Shown here piece by piece: positions 1 through 9,303 of a stretch of 64,000 nt of DNA; position 1 is the first letter of the stretch, and the number at the start of each line of letters is the position of its first letter. The position numbers were made by a program, and so were the translations under genes. Location of the stretch: the IMG/VR virus record IMGVR_UViG_3300005918_000012. One strand, 5' to 3'. The DNA comes from a virus. The notes beneath the pieces are model-generated. The model saw only the letters and a program-made list of their open reading frames with translations. It did not search any database and was not told the DNA's origin.

Positions 1-112
1 TTTTTGGAGCAGATTATGAAGGCTGGGGTCAAATCATGATTGAGTTTGATGATGATACTAATCTCATCCAAAAATTCGTGAAGACTTCACCCGTGCAAAG
101 AAAGTGGGGGTC

Positions 113-322
113 ATGCCTTTTATAAAACGAGAAGACCTCGACAAGAAAGTTAGGGCTCCCCATGAGAAGTCCTATAAAGCTAAATTAAAGAAAGCTTTAA
201 CTGATCCATTGATAACTCCTGAAGACCGGGAGCATATCAAAGAACAGTTAGCCACTCTCGGGAAACCGAAAGTGTATCGTAGAGATTCACCCATTAAACC
301 AGGTGCTGTTGACCTGTCTTAG
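113..322 (+). CDS. hypothetical protein
   Basis: ORF track 104..322; ATG at 113 follows a GGGGG SD-like run. Confidence 0.55.
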   Translation: MPFIKREDLDKKVRAPHEKSYKAKLKKALTDPLITPEDREHIKEQLATLGKPKVYRRDSPIKPGAVDLS

Positions 323-373
323 GGTAACATAGTCTCGGTTGTCCTTTCGGATGACCTTTGACAAGGAGGAAAG

Positions 374-784
374 ATGAAGAAAATATTGCTTGTGATGATG
401 ATGTTCCTGTTGCTGACCTCAGTTGGTCTGGCAGAAGATAACACGGAGCAAGAACCTACGGATCTAGTCCCAATTGTGGGAGTAGACGGACCAATTGAAG
501 TTGCTGCTGTGGAGATTGCTACCGTAGTGGTAGTAGCTCCTGTAGAATCCACGGAGGTACCGGCTGATGCTGAACTTACTCCGGCAGTAGACGAACCTAT
601 ACTAAAGGTTATTCCGGCTATTATAAAAGAATTGCCCAACATGCCGGATATTGAGAAGGTTACTGAGATTGCAGAAGAAGAAGGTGCTCCTTGGGGTACT
701 TATGGTGGTGTTTTGGTATTGATCCTAGCAGCTATTGTTGGTTTCATTAAAGTACAACGAAAAAAAGAAAAAAACTTGAAATAG
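374..784 (+). CDS. exported, C-terminally membrane-anchored acidic protein
   Basis: AAGGAGG SD; signal peptide MKKILLVMMMFLLLTSVGLA; C-terminal TM helix followed by basic tail. Confidence 0.75.
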   Translation: MKKILLVMMMFLLLTSVGLAEDNTEQEPTDLVPIVGVDGPIEVAAVEIATVVVVAPVESTEVPADAELTPAVDEPILKVIPAIIKELPNMPDIEKVTEIAEEEGAPWGTYGGVLVLILAAIVGFIKVQRKKEKNLK

Positions 785-804
785 ATTGTTGTGAGCCTGA
801 GCAA

Positions 805-837
805 AAAACCCCGATAGGTTCATCCTATCGGGGTTTT
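805..837. terminator. bidirectional intrinsic terminator
   Basis: AAAACCCCGATAGG-ttcat-CCTATCGGGGTTTT perfect hairpin between convergent genes. Confidence 0.85.
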
Positions 838-854
838 GTTGTTGGGTATTGGTG

Positions 855-1439
855 TTATTTGCCCTCAGTAATGAGAACTGTGGACTTGGCACCTTCAGCT
901 TGTCGGGCAGTATTGTTCTTGTAGTCTATAATCATAGGGAACGGGTAGGTCGTGACCTTGGATTCAACGTAGACTGGAGCCATCTTCATAACCCCCTGAT
1001 CTTTCACGGCACACATAACCCAAGTGGCAGCCGTAGTCTTAGATGAAAACATACCATTTGGTTCAGCTTGTTCAATGATTGCACTGGAACCATTATAGAG
1101 TCTTTTTAGAGGGTTCGTCAGTTGTACGTCATAAGGTATAGGGAATCCAATAGAAGGGCAATCTCCTTCAATCATACCGGTGTTGCTTCTCCAGATTGTA
1201 TGGGTGGCAACTGTTTTGTTTCTGGCCTGATAGATTTGAGTGTAGACCGATCTTTCTCGACTATCATCAAACCACGGGATAGGGTGGACTTTGGCATACT
1301 GTTCCTGTTGGCTGTTGACTTTGATAGCATCTTGACGTTCTTGGCTGCTTGAGCCACCACATCCACCGTCGGCTCCGATGAGCATAGTGAACATGGCCAG
1401 AATGATGACAATGTAAAGTACACGTTTAAAGTTTATCAT
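855..1439 (-). CDS. putative lipoprotein, paralog of 1442..2035
   Basis: hydrophobic signal then Cys; shares SIGFPIPYDVQLTNP and EQAEPNG.FSSKTTAATW.MC with neighbour. Confidence 0.8.
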   Translation of the reverse strand: MINFKRVLYIVIILAMFTMLIGADGGCGGSSSQERQDAIKVNSQQEQYAKVHPIPWFDDSRERSVYTQIYQARNKTVATHTIWRSNTGMIEGDCPSIGFPIPYDVQLTNPLKRLYNGSSAIIEQAEPNGMFSSKTTAATWVMCAVKDQGVMKMAPVYVESKVTTYPFPMIIDYKNNTARQAEGAKSTVLITEGK

Positions 1440-1441
1440 AA

Positions 1442-2035
1442 TTATCTACCTCCTTCGGTAATAATAACACTGGGTTTTGCAACAAGGTCCGCTGGAAAAA
1501 CTCGGTTGGTTTCGTAATCTACGTTGACAGGGTAGGGGTAGGTCGTCACCTTACCTTCAACGTAAACAGGCATCATTTTGGCAATCCCTTGATCCATGAA
1601 AGCACACATAATCCAGGTAGCTGCTGTAGTCTTTGACGAAAATAGTCCGTTAGGTTCAGCTTGTTCAACTGTCCCATCCACATAATCATCTGCACGGCCA
1701 AGGCTTAATAAGGTTATCTTCTCAGGGTTTGTCAATTGGACATCGTAGGGTATAGGGAAGCCGATGGACGGACAATCTCCTTCAATGATACTCATACTTC
1801 CACGCCAGACAGTATGGGTAGCCACAGCTTTGTTTCTGGCTTTGTATATCTGGGTATAGACCGACCTCTCTCTACTGTAGTCGAAGAACGGCACGGGTTG
1901 AGTTTTGGAATACTGCTCCTGTTGAGCATTGACAGCTTTCGAGTCTTCCATTTCCTGTTGGACACTGGAAGTGTCTACACAGCCAGTTAAGGCCAGTAGG
2001 GTCATCATAATGATGAATAGAATAAAGTTTTTCAT
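1442..2035 (-). CDS. putative lipoprotein (lipobox LTGC), paralog of 855..1439
   Basis: lipobox LALTGC; long blocks shared with adjacent ORF. Confidence 0.8.
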   Translation of the reverse strand: MKNFILFIIMMTLLALTGCVDTSSVQQEMEDSKAVNAQQEQYSKTQPVPFFDYSRERSVYTQIYKARNKAVATHTVWRGSMSIIEGDCPSIGFPIPYDVQLTNPEKITLLSLGRADDYVDGTVEQAEPNGLFSSKTTAATWIMCAFMDQGIAKMMPVYVEGKVTTYPYPVNVDYETNRVFPADLVAKPSVIITEGGR

Positions 2036-2064
2036 AGCACAAGTTTCCTTTCGTTAGGGTTAAG

Positions 2065-2475
2065 TTAGAGGCCACAGATTCCACGAACCACGGCTGGAAC
2101 AGCACTTTGGGTCGTAGCCATCTGAGCAATAATACACAATTGGTTTTTGATAGCAGCACGTTGGATCTCCAACGACTGAGCAAGCTGAGGCTGGTTATCT
2201 ATGTTAGCTTGGGCAATACGACTCCCAAGGCCAGCATAGCTGGTTTGCATGGTCAGCATTTCTTGCATTTTGCCTTCGGTGTACTGGAATGAGGTTTTCG
2301 TGATAATGCGGTCTCCGTAGAGGAATGCAGGTCTCACGGCCATACTCAGGCCACCAAGGACGAGGCTAATGAGGAAGAGGCCAATAATAATCTTGAACCC
2401 CAACCACATACCTTTTCCAGCATGGTAATTGGCTTCTTTGTAATTTTCTTCATACTCACGGTCAAATTTGGACAT
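2065..2475 (-). CDS. single-pass membrane protein, likely partner of the lipoprotein pair
   Basis: one TM segment then helical region; SD GAAAGGA; co-oriented with the pair. Confidence 0.7.
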   Translation of the reverse strand: MSKFDREYEENYKEANYHAGKGMWLGFKIIIGLFLISLVLGGLSMAVRPAFLYGDRIITKTSFQYTEGKMQEMLTMQTSYAGLGSRIAQANIDNQPQLAQSLEIQRAAIKNQLCIIAQMATTQSAVPAVVRGICGL

Positions 2476-2490
2476 TTCAGTTCCTTTCAG

Positions 2491-3423
2491 TTAAAGTTTC
2501 ATTACTTTTACTACTACCCCATAATGAGATAGAATTAAATCTTTTACAACTTGTTTGTAGATGATACCAACCTCCCATCTTTTATCACCTTGATTCCATT
2601 TTCTAGCCCTTGGAGGGACTTTAGTTTTCAATTCAGTTAAGAATGTTTCATTATAAGGAGTCTTGACAAGTAAAGTGTTTCCGTTACGAGTCAGGGCATC
2701 TGGCTCGATAGTACCCTTGTAGGGTTTCTTGACAGACTTGGTGTTTTTGTGTTGATACCGATGGAGATCTCCCCATTGATACTTACGGAGTTTCCAAACA
2801 CCCGTAGTCCAATCTTCTTTCAACCCACAGGCCAAACTTCTTCCATAAAAGATACCAAGGATAATATCCAAGTGTTCTCTTTGTTTAAATGGGATGTTCC
2901 AGATATATTTCCTGCCTATTTTCAAATCCGTTTTGATACTACCTGGGATTTCAAGAAGGGCTGCATTCATTTTCCATTTTGATCCTTTGACAGCTACAGA
3001 ATACATCTGGATTTCTTCATCCTTGGTGATGGTTACTTCTGTTCGGTCAGTTTCCAGACGATCAGCCAGCTCAGTATAACCAAGTTCACGGATCATTCTG
3101 GAACATTTGAAGACTTCTTCCTTGTTATGATACTGACAGGAAGCCCAATAGATCAGCAAATTAGAGCCCTTACGAGCATTTGTGTGTTTATAATTGACGA
3201 GTTTTCTGAATCCTAAGATGATATGGTCAGGAAGTTTAGAGATCATCAAGAGGCCAAGAGTGGACATTACCATCTCAGATGTAGTTTCATGGAGAGGGTC
3301 ATAATACCGTTTAGAGCAAGTCGGACCAATGCCGTGCTCAACAGACTCTGCATCCGTTAAGGATTTCCCACATATACAACAGCGGGTGGCAGTGATTTGG
3401 GTAATTTGATTTAAAGCCTCCAT
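2491..3423 (-). CDS. DUF6011-like zinc-finger protein with C-terminal HARP-like domain
   Basis: CCICGKSLTDAESVEHGIGPTC; C-terminal TPYN...LK...ARKWN...KRWEV. Confidence 0.65.
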   Translation of the reverse strand: MEALNQITQITATRCCICGKSLTDAESVEHGIGPTCSKRYYDPLHETTSEMVMSTLGLLMISKLPDHIILGFRKLVNYKHTNARKGSNLLIYWASCQYHNKEEVFKCSRMIRELGYTELADRLETDRTEVTITKDEEIQMYSVAVKGSKWKMNAALLEIPGSIKTDLKIGRKYIWNIPFKQREHLDIILGIFYGRSLACGLKEDWTTGVWKLRKYQWGDLHRYQHKNTKSVKKPYKGTIEPDALTRNGNTLLVKTPYNETFLTELKTKVPPRARKWNQGDKRWEVGIIYKQVVKDLILSHYGVVVKVMKL

Positions 3424-3427
3424 AGTC

Positions 3428-3742
3428 TTATACCACGAAATCTATGGCAATACGGGTCAAGTCCTCAATAATCGGCTTGAAGGCATCTGGATTGCTAAAA
3501 TCGGTATTGGTTGTGATTTTGAACTGGCTGGGGTATTTACTAATAAGAGTAGCAAAACCATTGTTCTCTGCCCATTTCTTCAAAGTGGCATAAGATTGGA
3601 AATCATAGCTTTCAACATGGATAGTAATTTTGAATCTGTCAGAACCTATTTTAAACAGGATTTTCTGGTCAACAGTTCTAGTGTCTTTCAGACCTTTTAT
3701 AAGTTTAGTATCTTCTATAATTTCGATTTTTGTTTTAGCCAT
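3428..3742 (-). CDS. hypothetical protein
   Basis: AAGGAG SD; lies downstream of a class A motif on the minus strand. Confidence 0.7.
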   Translation of the reverse strand: MAKTKIEIIEDTKLIKGLKDTRTVDQKILFKIGSDRFKITIHVESYDFQSYATLKKWAENNGFATLISKYPSQFKITTNTDFSNPDAFKPIIEDLTRIAIDFVV

Positions 3743-3783
3743 TGTGTTCTCCTTTTAGAACTGCTATCGTTTTATTCTTACTA

Positions 3784-3813
3784 CAACAACCCACGACTTT
3801 TGAAAACTAAGCC
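3784..3813 (-). promoter_or_regulatory. class A phage promoter-like motif GGCTTAGTTT-N9-GTGGGTTGTTG
   Basis: one of 8 intergenic copies; points at the 3742 minus-strand operon. Confidence 0.75.
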
Positions 3814-3826
3814 GTGAGATGGATTT

Positions 3827-3856
3827 GGCTTAGTTTCTTATTTTTGTGGGTTGTTG
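3827..3856 (+). promoter_or_regulatory. class A phage promoter-like motif
   Basis: GGCTTAGTTT-cttattttt-GTGGGTTGTTG upstream of 3895. Confidence 0.75.
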
Positions 3857-3894
3857 GGGTGTAGTATAGAAACATTAACAATGAAGGAGAACAA

Positions 3895-4488
3895 ATGTCA
3901 CTTTTAATGTTACAAGATGCTGAGGACATTGCTCGAAAGAATCGTCCTTGGTCTATAAGGCTGGAATTCACAGGAGTCAATGCCAATAACAAGACAGGTA
4001 TTAGTGACAAGTACTGGTATGCTACCGGTCGGGGGCTGAATGAAGCAGTCGAGGTTGGTTGGGGTGCCTTTGGAAGTAAACCACAAACACAACTCACAAC
4101 ATGGGCTGAGTTACAGAACAGAGTACCGGACAAGCTCGCCAAGGGCTATATGTACGTTGCTCATCCTTTTGTCCGAATGTCCGCTGGTAACATAGCCAAG
4201 ATACTCGGTCAGACTCCTGTAGCCCCTCAGCCTATCTCACCTAAAACGGCAACACCAGCAAAACCGAAGCTGGTGGCCTTGCCGTCCCAATCTTGGGTGA
4301 TGGGTGCAACTCAAATAGCTTTAGGTAAGCCTTGGGATTTGATCTATAGCCTCAAAATATCTCTTGACGGGACGAAGGTTAAGGGCTTTAAAGCACTGGA
4401 TAAAAAAGGTAATGAAGTCTTGATGTTCGATGAAGATGGTGGACGGGAATTTGCCATTGATTATGATCTTGACATAGATTTTACATAA
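3895..4488 (+). CDS. WGR-like domain protein
   Basis: SDKYW...VEVGWGAFG...KLAKGY pattern; AAGGAG SD. Confidence 0.6.
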   Translation: MSLLMLQDAEDIARKNRPWSIRLEFTGVNANNKTGISDKYWYATGRGLNEAVEVGWGAFGSKPQTQLTTWAELQNRVPDKLAKGYMYVAHPFVRMSAGNIAKILGQTPVAPQPISPKTATPAKPKLVALPSQSWVMGATQIALGKPWDLIYSLKISLDGTKVKGFKALDKKGNEVLMFDEDGGREFAIDYDLDIDFT

Positions 4489-4501
4489 ATAGATAGATTT
4501 T

Positions 4502-4531
4502 GGCTTAGTTTTCATTTTTTGGGGGTTGTTG
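4502..4531 (+). promoter_or_regulatory. class A phage promoter-like motif
   Basis: GGCTTAGTTT-tcatttttt-GGGGGTTGTTG upstream of 4574. Confidence 0.7.
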
Positions 4532-4573
4532 TAGTAAGAAGGCAACAAAGCCCTCGAACAAAGGAGTCAGACA

Positions 4574-5356
4574 ATGAAAAAATTAACTTTAACAATAATG
4601 GCAATGATCTTAGTAAGCGTCTTAACAGGATGCGGAACTACTGTCGTAAATACAGCAGGAAGTTCTTATGTAGATGGTGACACAGACGGCTCGGAAGTCA
4701 CCGAGGATAATGAAGGTGGGAACATCCCTCTCCCTGACGGTGACACAGACGAAGTTACTGAGGAAGGTGAAGACACCGAAGTTACAGAGGATGCTGAGGG
4801 TGACACAAACGAAGATGCCGAAGTTACTGAGGAAGAAATTGAGGAATCAGAAAATTTTGATGGTGATACAGACGAAGATGCCGAAGCTGCCGATGATGAA
4901 GATTCGGAAAATGACTTGATAAGTCTAATGTGGCAAAACCCTCCCTCCCCTGATAATGAGATGTCTTGGCAGGAGGCAAAGGTTTATTGTGATGAATTAG
5001 TCCACGAAGGATACGAAGATTGGCACTTACCTACAGTTAATGACCTACGTTCGTTGATTGTAGGATGCCCCACAACCGAAACAGGTGGTGAGTGTGGTGT
5101 TACGAATGAATGTCTCGAACCAGAATGCTACGAACATTCTAAATGTGCCCCTCAAGAATGTCCTTTGTGGGAAGGTCCTAGTCAAGGATGTTACTTAATA
5201 CCTAATCTTTTCGGTTGCTCTAGCTCTTGGTCCTCAAATGAAACAAGTGATGGTGCATGGCTAGTTGGTTTTGAAGGAGCCGATGTTTTAAATATGGAAG
5301 TTGCAGTTGGTAAAAGTGGTGTACGTTGTGTACGTGAAACGAATGGTATCTTATAA
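4574..5356 (+). CDS. lipoprotein with acidic DGDTD repeats and C-terminal DUF1566/Lcl-like domain
   Basis: lipobox VLTGC; DGDTD/EVTE repeats; LMWQ...MSWQEAKVYC...DWHLPT..DLRSL...VRCVR. Confidence 0.8.
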   Translation: MKKLTLTIMAMILVSVLTGCGTTVVNTAGSSYVDGDTDGSEVTEDNEGGNIPLPDGDTDEVTEEGEDTEVTEDAEGDTNEDAEVTEEEIEESENFDGDTDEDAEAADDEDSENDLISLMWQNPPSPDNEMSWQEAKVYCDELVHEGYEDWHLPTVNDLRSLIVGCPTTETGGECGVTNECLEPECYEHSKCAPQECPLWEGPSQGCYLIPNLFGCSSSWSSNETSDGAWLVGFEGADVLNMEVAVGKSGVRCVRETNGIL

Positions 5357-5565
5357 TGCCTATTTATAGAGTAGCCATAACGGTCAGCCCTGACCCTACA
5401 GATGATACTCCACAATACCGAGAGGTCACTGCCGATAGTGACCTCTTGGCTATTGGTGAGGCTCTCAAATTAGCCCACACAATGACCCCACCCAAGGCTC
5501 CGAAAGAAGTTTGGGTTCATGCTTGGGGTAAAGTTTTCCATGTGATAGAAACCCCTAATGGGTAA
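5356..5565 (+). CDS. hypothetical protein
   Basis: TAATG overlap with upstream gene. Confidence 0.6.
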   Translation: MPIYRVAITVSPDPTDDTPQYREVTADSDLLAIGEALKLAHTMTPPKAPKEVWVHAWGKVFHVIETPNG

Positions 5566-5600
5566 GGTTATCTTATTATAACTCCCCCTGCCTATAAGAG

Positions 5601-5954
5601 GTGGCACTTGTGAATGATTTTGTAGACGTTGAAAATGTTAGAACAGAGGGCAAATATATTGTCATTTTTGAAAAAAGCTCAGGGAAGACTCCAGAGTATG
5701 GTTCACTATCCCAATTAAAGATTGGGGATATTGTATGTATCCATAATTCCGAAGGGCATCAATCATTAAAAGTCGGTAAGATAACTGGTTCTAAATGGAC
5801 AAAAAAGATACGTTCGGTATCAACAAATTATCAAGGGTTTGTCCTTACCCCCTCACAGATCATAGACACCCGAACTATTCGGCGTATTTTACGATTGAAA
5901 CTTGGTGAAAAACCTACCCTGACATTAGAAGAACGTGATGACAAAGAAGAGTGA
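5601..5954 (+). CDS. hypothetical protein
   Basis: ORF track; fills gap in operon. Confidence 0.55.
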   Translation: MALVNDFVDVENVRTEGKYIVIFEKSSGKTPEYGSLSQLKIGDIVCIHNSEGHQSLKVGKITGSKWTKKIRSVSTNYQGFVLTPSQIIDTRTIRRILRLKLGEKPTLTLEERDDKEE

Positions 5955-5961
5955 GGTTTCT

Positions 5962-6696
5962 ATGAAGATTCAAATCATGAGTGATATTCATGCCGAGTTC
6001 CATCAAGATCGTGGGCATTCCTTCGTGCAGAGCTTGACCCCTAATGACACCGATGTATTGGTAATTGCCGGAGATTTCGGTTTAATGAGCCAATACTCAG
6101 AACTCATACCTATCTTAGTTGATAAATACCCGCATATTGTTCTCGTTGTCGGCAACCATGAGTTCTATAATAGTGATAGAGAAACTGTCATGGCCGAGCT
6201 AGGAAAACTGTTACTTAAATATGATAATTTTCATGTTCTGGAAGATAGTCATGTTACCATTGACGGCCAACGATTCATCGGTTCAACTCTGTGGTTCCCT
6301 GATACGAAGTCAGCTCGTCCTAATTGGAGGATGCTTAATGATTTTAATGTTATACATGGTTTCCGGGACTGGGTGTTTGAAGTAAACACTAAATCTGTAG
6401 AGTTTCTCGTAAAAAATGTGAAACCTACAGATATTGTTGTGACTCATCATCTGCCGACTGCTCAGGCTTCTGACAAGAAGTGGTGGGACTCTCCATTGCA
6501 ACCTTTCTTTGTTTGTAATATGGAGCGTGTTCTTATTATGCAGCATCCGAAACTGTGGGTGTTTGGCCATACCCATGACAATTACAATAATCTGTTCCTT
6601 CTCCCTTCGAGGCAACGTACTCGGCTGATCTGTAATCCTTTTGGGTATGCTGGTGAAAACCCTGACTATCAAGACAATCTGGTCATCGAAGTATGA
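5962..6696 (+). CDS. calcineurin-like metallophosphoesterase
   Basis: SDIH, AGDF, GNHE, THH and GHTH motifs; GAGG SD before ATG 5962. Confidence 0.9.
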   Translation: MKIQIMSDIHAEFHQDRGHSFVQSLTPNDTDVLVIAGDFGLMSQYSELIPILVDKYPHIVLVVGNHEFYNSDRETVMAELGKLLLKYDNFHVLEDSHVTIDGQRFIGSTLWFPDTKSARPNWRMLNDFNVIHGFRDWVFEVNTKSVEFLVKNVKPTDIVVTHHLPTAQASDKKWWDSPLQPFFVCNMERVLIMQHPKLWVFGHTHDNYNNLFLLPSRQRTRLICNPFGYAGENPDYQDNLVIEV

Positions 6697-7049
6697 GGAT
6701 AGCTATTGTTGGATCTCGTCAATGTGATGCTCAAGGGGCAGTTGAGTACCTAATAGGCTCTCTGGCTGCAAAAGACCCTGACATAACCATAGTATCAGGT
6801 GGGGCTCGTGGAGTGGATTCATGGGCTGCTCAGGCAGCAGAACGGGCAGGTTTGAAGGTTGGAGTTTATCTGGCTGATTAGAATACTCATGGTAAAGGAG
6901 CAGGTTTCATTCGGAACACTACCATTGTTGAAGAGTCTGATAAAGTGATTGCTTTTTGGGATGGTGTGAGCCGAGGGACCAACGACACCATTAGAAAAGC
7001 TCAGAGTGCTGATAAACTGGCTAAGGTTTTTATGGTTAAAGCCCTATAA
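6693..7049 (+). pseudogene. SLOG/YspA (DprA-like, DUF2493-type) protein interrupted by in-frame TAG at 6879-6881; readthrough candidate
   Basis: IVGSR...VSGGARGVD...LAD*NTHGKGAGFIRN...IAFWDGVSRGT; the frame stays open to TAA 7047-7049. Confidence 0.8.
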
Positions 7050-7091
7050 TAACCTAAAGTAGAGTTAGTAGGTGTTAGAGGAGTTTTTAAC

Positions 7092-7631
7092 ATGAGTGAT
7101 AGCCAATTTGATATAGCCCATCGTGGTGCTGAAAACATTACGAAAGCATTTTCAAAAAGAGTTGAGAAATATGCTAAACCTTATATGAGGCATTTGACGG
7201 CTGAGATCCTTGGTGCGGGAGTCCCTTCCCAATACATGCAGTATGCTTTCCGTATAGTTTTTGAAGGTCGACGTGGATGGAAAGTCCCTCCCAAATACAA
7301 ATCTGCTATATTTGCTATGAACCGTGTTGTGATTGACAAGCTATTAGTCCCAAACTACAATCGAAATGCAATTGCAGACAAAGATTACAGTGCTAATATG
7401 AATGAGGCTCTTGTGGAGACGGGTAAGTGGGTTTTGACTCAGCTTGCCAAGAATCTCCAAAACGATTATAATAAAATTGCCGGTAAACAAGCCAAACTAG
7501 CTGTGCGGGAGATGCCTGATCTTTCGTACAATGAATGGCTTGAGGAATACAAAGACCTTATTTCCCATCTATCTTCTTTATATTTAGGTGGGACTCGGAC
7601 TGCAAACATACTTAATGCCATCCTTCATTAA
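7092..7631 (+). CDS. hypothetical protein
   Basis: GAGGAG SD; preceded by a class C motif. Confidence 0.7.
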   Translation: MSDSQFDIAHRGAENITKAFSKRVEKYAKPYMRHLTAEILGAGVPSQYMQYAFRIVFEGRRGWKVPPKYKSAIFAMNRVVIDKLLVPNYNRNAIADKDYSANMNEALVETGKWVLTQLAKNLQNDYNKIAGKQAKLAVREMPDLSYNEWLEEYKDLISHLSSLYLGGTRTANILNAILH

Positions 7632-7636
7632 AATTC

Positions 7637-7653
7637 TTTTGGGGTAAGATAAG
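7637..7653 (+). promoter_or_regulatory. class B promoter-like motif (TTYNGGGTAWNAT)
   Basis: TTTTGGGGTAAGATAAG upstream of the helicase operon; similar copies near 319, 26823, 34261, 38421, 43689, 52185, 63211. Confidence 0.5.
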
Positions 7654-7695
7654 AAACTGTTTTGATAACCCTCTTTGCAAGGGAGATGCATCTCT

Positions 7696-9303
7696 ATGTC
7701 TATGGAACAAGTTCAAGCTGCTTTAAAGAAGTTAATGACCCGAAAAGATTTAACAGTCAAACCAACCAAACACCTTAAACCTACATTTACAGACTTCGAT
7801 GGCTCTGAGAAACCATTAAAAGTCAGGTATTACCAGATTCAGGGAATGCTTCATCTGGTTTTGATGAGGAATTTTGTCCTTGGTGATGATACGGGTTTGG
7901 GAAAAACCTTGGAGGCTATCGTAGCCCTCTGTTACATTTGGGAAAAGGAGCCAGATCGAAAAGTTATTATCCTGACTACCAAGTCAGCCACGAAACAATG
8001 GGCTGGGGAATTCTCGAAGTTCACCACCGGGGTTACAACATTCCTTGGTATGGGGACTCCTGTTGCCCGTACAAAAGCCCGTGAAGCTTTTGCTGCTTCA
8101 ACTGGACCCACGGTAATGATTATGGGATACCGGTCGGCAGTTCAAGATTTCACACACCTTCAACATTTCGATGATTACATCATGATCTGTGATGAAGCTA
8201 CCGCCTTCAAAAACCCCAAGACTCAGGTTCACCAAGTATGTCGGCATATGGCTGACCGATCTGCCAGAGCTTGGGGCTTAACAGCCACTCTCATTAAAAA
8301 CAACCTGCTGGAAGGTTACGGAATTTATCAGGTGTTAGTGCCTGAGTTGTTCCAGATGACCTACAATCAGTTTATGATGTATTACTGCTTGGTTCGGATG
8401 CAGAAACTTCCAAGAAGTAACCGACAGATCCCCGTCGTTATTGGGTATGCCAAACCTAGAGTTTTGGAATTCAAAGATAACATTGCCCCTTATTTCTTGG
8501 GGAGGCCAAAATATGAAGTGGCTTCTGAGCTGCCTTCTTTGTTGATTCAAACTCTTAATGTTGAGATGACTGGTGAGCAGGACGACAGATACAAAGATGC
8601 TCTGGATGGATTGCTGGAGATTGGGACAGAAGCAGGACTAGAAGAAAAAGAAGTTTCTAAACTCACAGCAGTTACATACTGTCAAGAGATTGTCAATGAT
8701 TTGGAACTGATTGGAGCAATGGATTGTAAATCTCCGAAGTTGGAGACCTTGATAGAACTGCTCTCTGACGGAGATTTTGCAGAAGAAAATGTTATCATTT
8801 TCAGCCGATTCCGGAAAATGGTAGATATTATTATGCCTCGTCTGGCTAAAGCCAAAATCCCTGCTGTTCGAATCACAGGTTCAGAAGGAGCAGATGAACG
8901 AGAGGACGCCAAAGCTGCTTTCCAAGACCCTAATAATCCTGTCAGGGTGGTTTGTATCACAATGGCTGGTTCGGATGCCATTAACTTGCAGGCTGCTAAG
9001 GCTTTGATTTGTTATGATACTCCGTGGTCGGCTGGTGATTTCATCCAGTTGATCGGACGGATGATCCGCATTGGTAGTCTCCACGATACTTGTTATGCTA
9101 TCCATCTTGTAGCCAAGAGTTTCCAGCATAAGATTACGATTGACAAAAGGGTTATGGAAGTGTTGGGTAAGAAGATGAAGCTGATTGAGATGGTTCTTGG
9201 TAAACGCTTCAAAGGAGAGGATGATTCCTCTGTTATTGAAGTTCAGAATGACATCTCAGACATTTTCAATGGATTATTGGATGATGCCCGTGGAGGCCGA
9301 TAA
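7696..9303 (+). CDS. SNF2-family (SF2) helicase
   Basis: DDTGLGKT Walker A, DEAT, LTAT, AINLQAA, QLIGRMIRIG. Confidence 0.9.
   Translation: MSMEQVQAALKKLMTRKDLTVKPTKHLKPTFTDFDGSEKPLKVRYYQIQGMLHLVLMRNFVLGDDTGLGKTLEAIVALCYIWEKEPDRKVIILTTKSATKQWAGEFSKFTTGVTTFLGMGTPVARTKAREAFAASTGPTVMIMGYRSAVQDFTHLQHFDDYIMICDEATAFKNPKTQVHQVCRHMADRSARAWGLTATLIKNNLLEGYGIYQVLVPELFQMTYNQFMMYYCLVRMQKLPRSNRQIPVVIGYAKPRVLEFKDNIAPYFLGRPKYEVASELPSLLIQTLNVEMTGEQDDRYKDALDGLLEIGTEAGLEEKEVSKLTAVTYCQEIVNDLELIGAMDCKSPKLETLIELLSDGDFAEENVIIFSRFRKMVDIIMPRLAKAKIPAVRITGSEGADEREDAKAAFQDPNNPVRVVCITMAGSDAINLQAAKALICYDTPWSAGDFIQLIGRMIRIGSLHDTCYAIHLVAKSFQHKITIDKRVMEVLGKKMKLIEMVLGKRFKGEDDSSVIEVQNDISDIFNGLLDDARGGR

Noticed and set aside
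4574-5356. Diversity-generating retroelement targeting the DUF1566 gene
   Set aside because: No reverse transcriptase and no template-repeat copy of its 3' end seen in this window.
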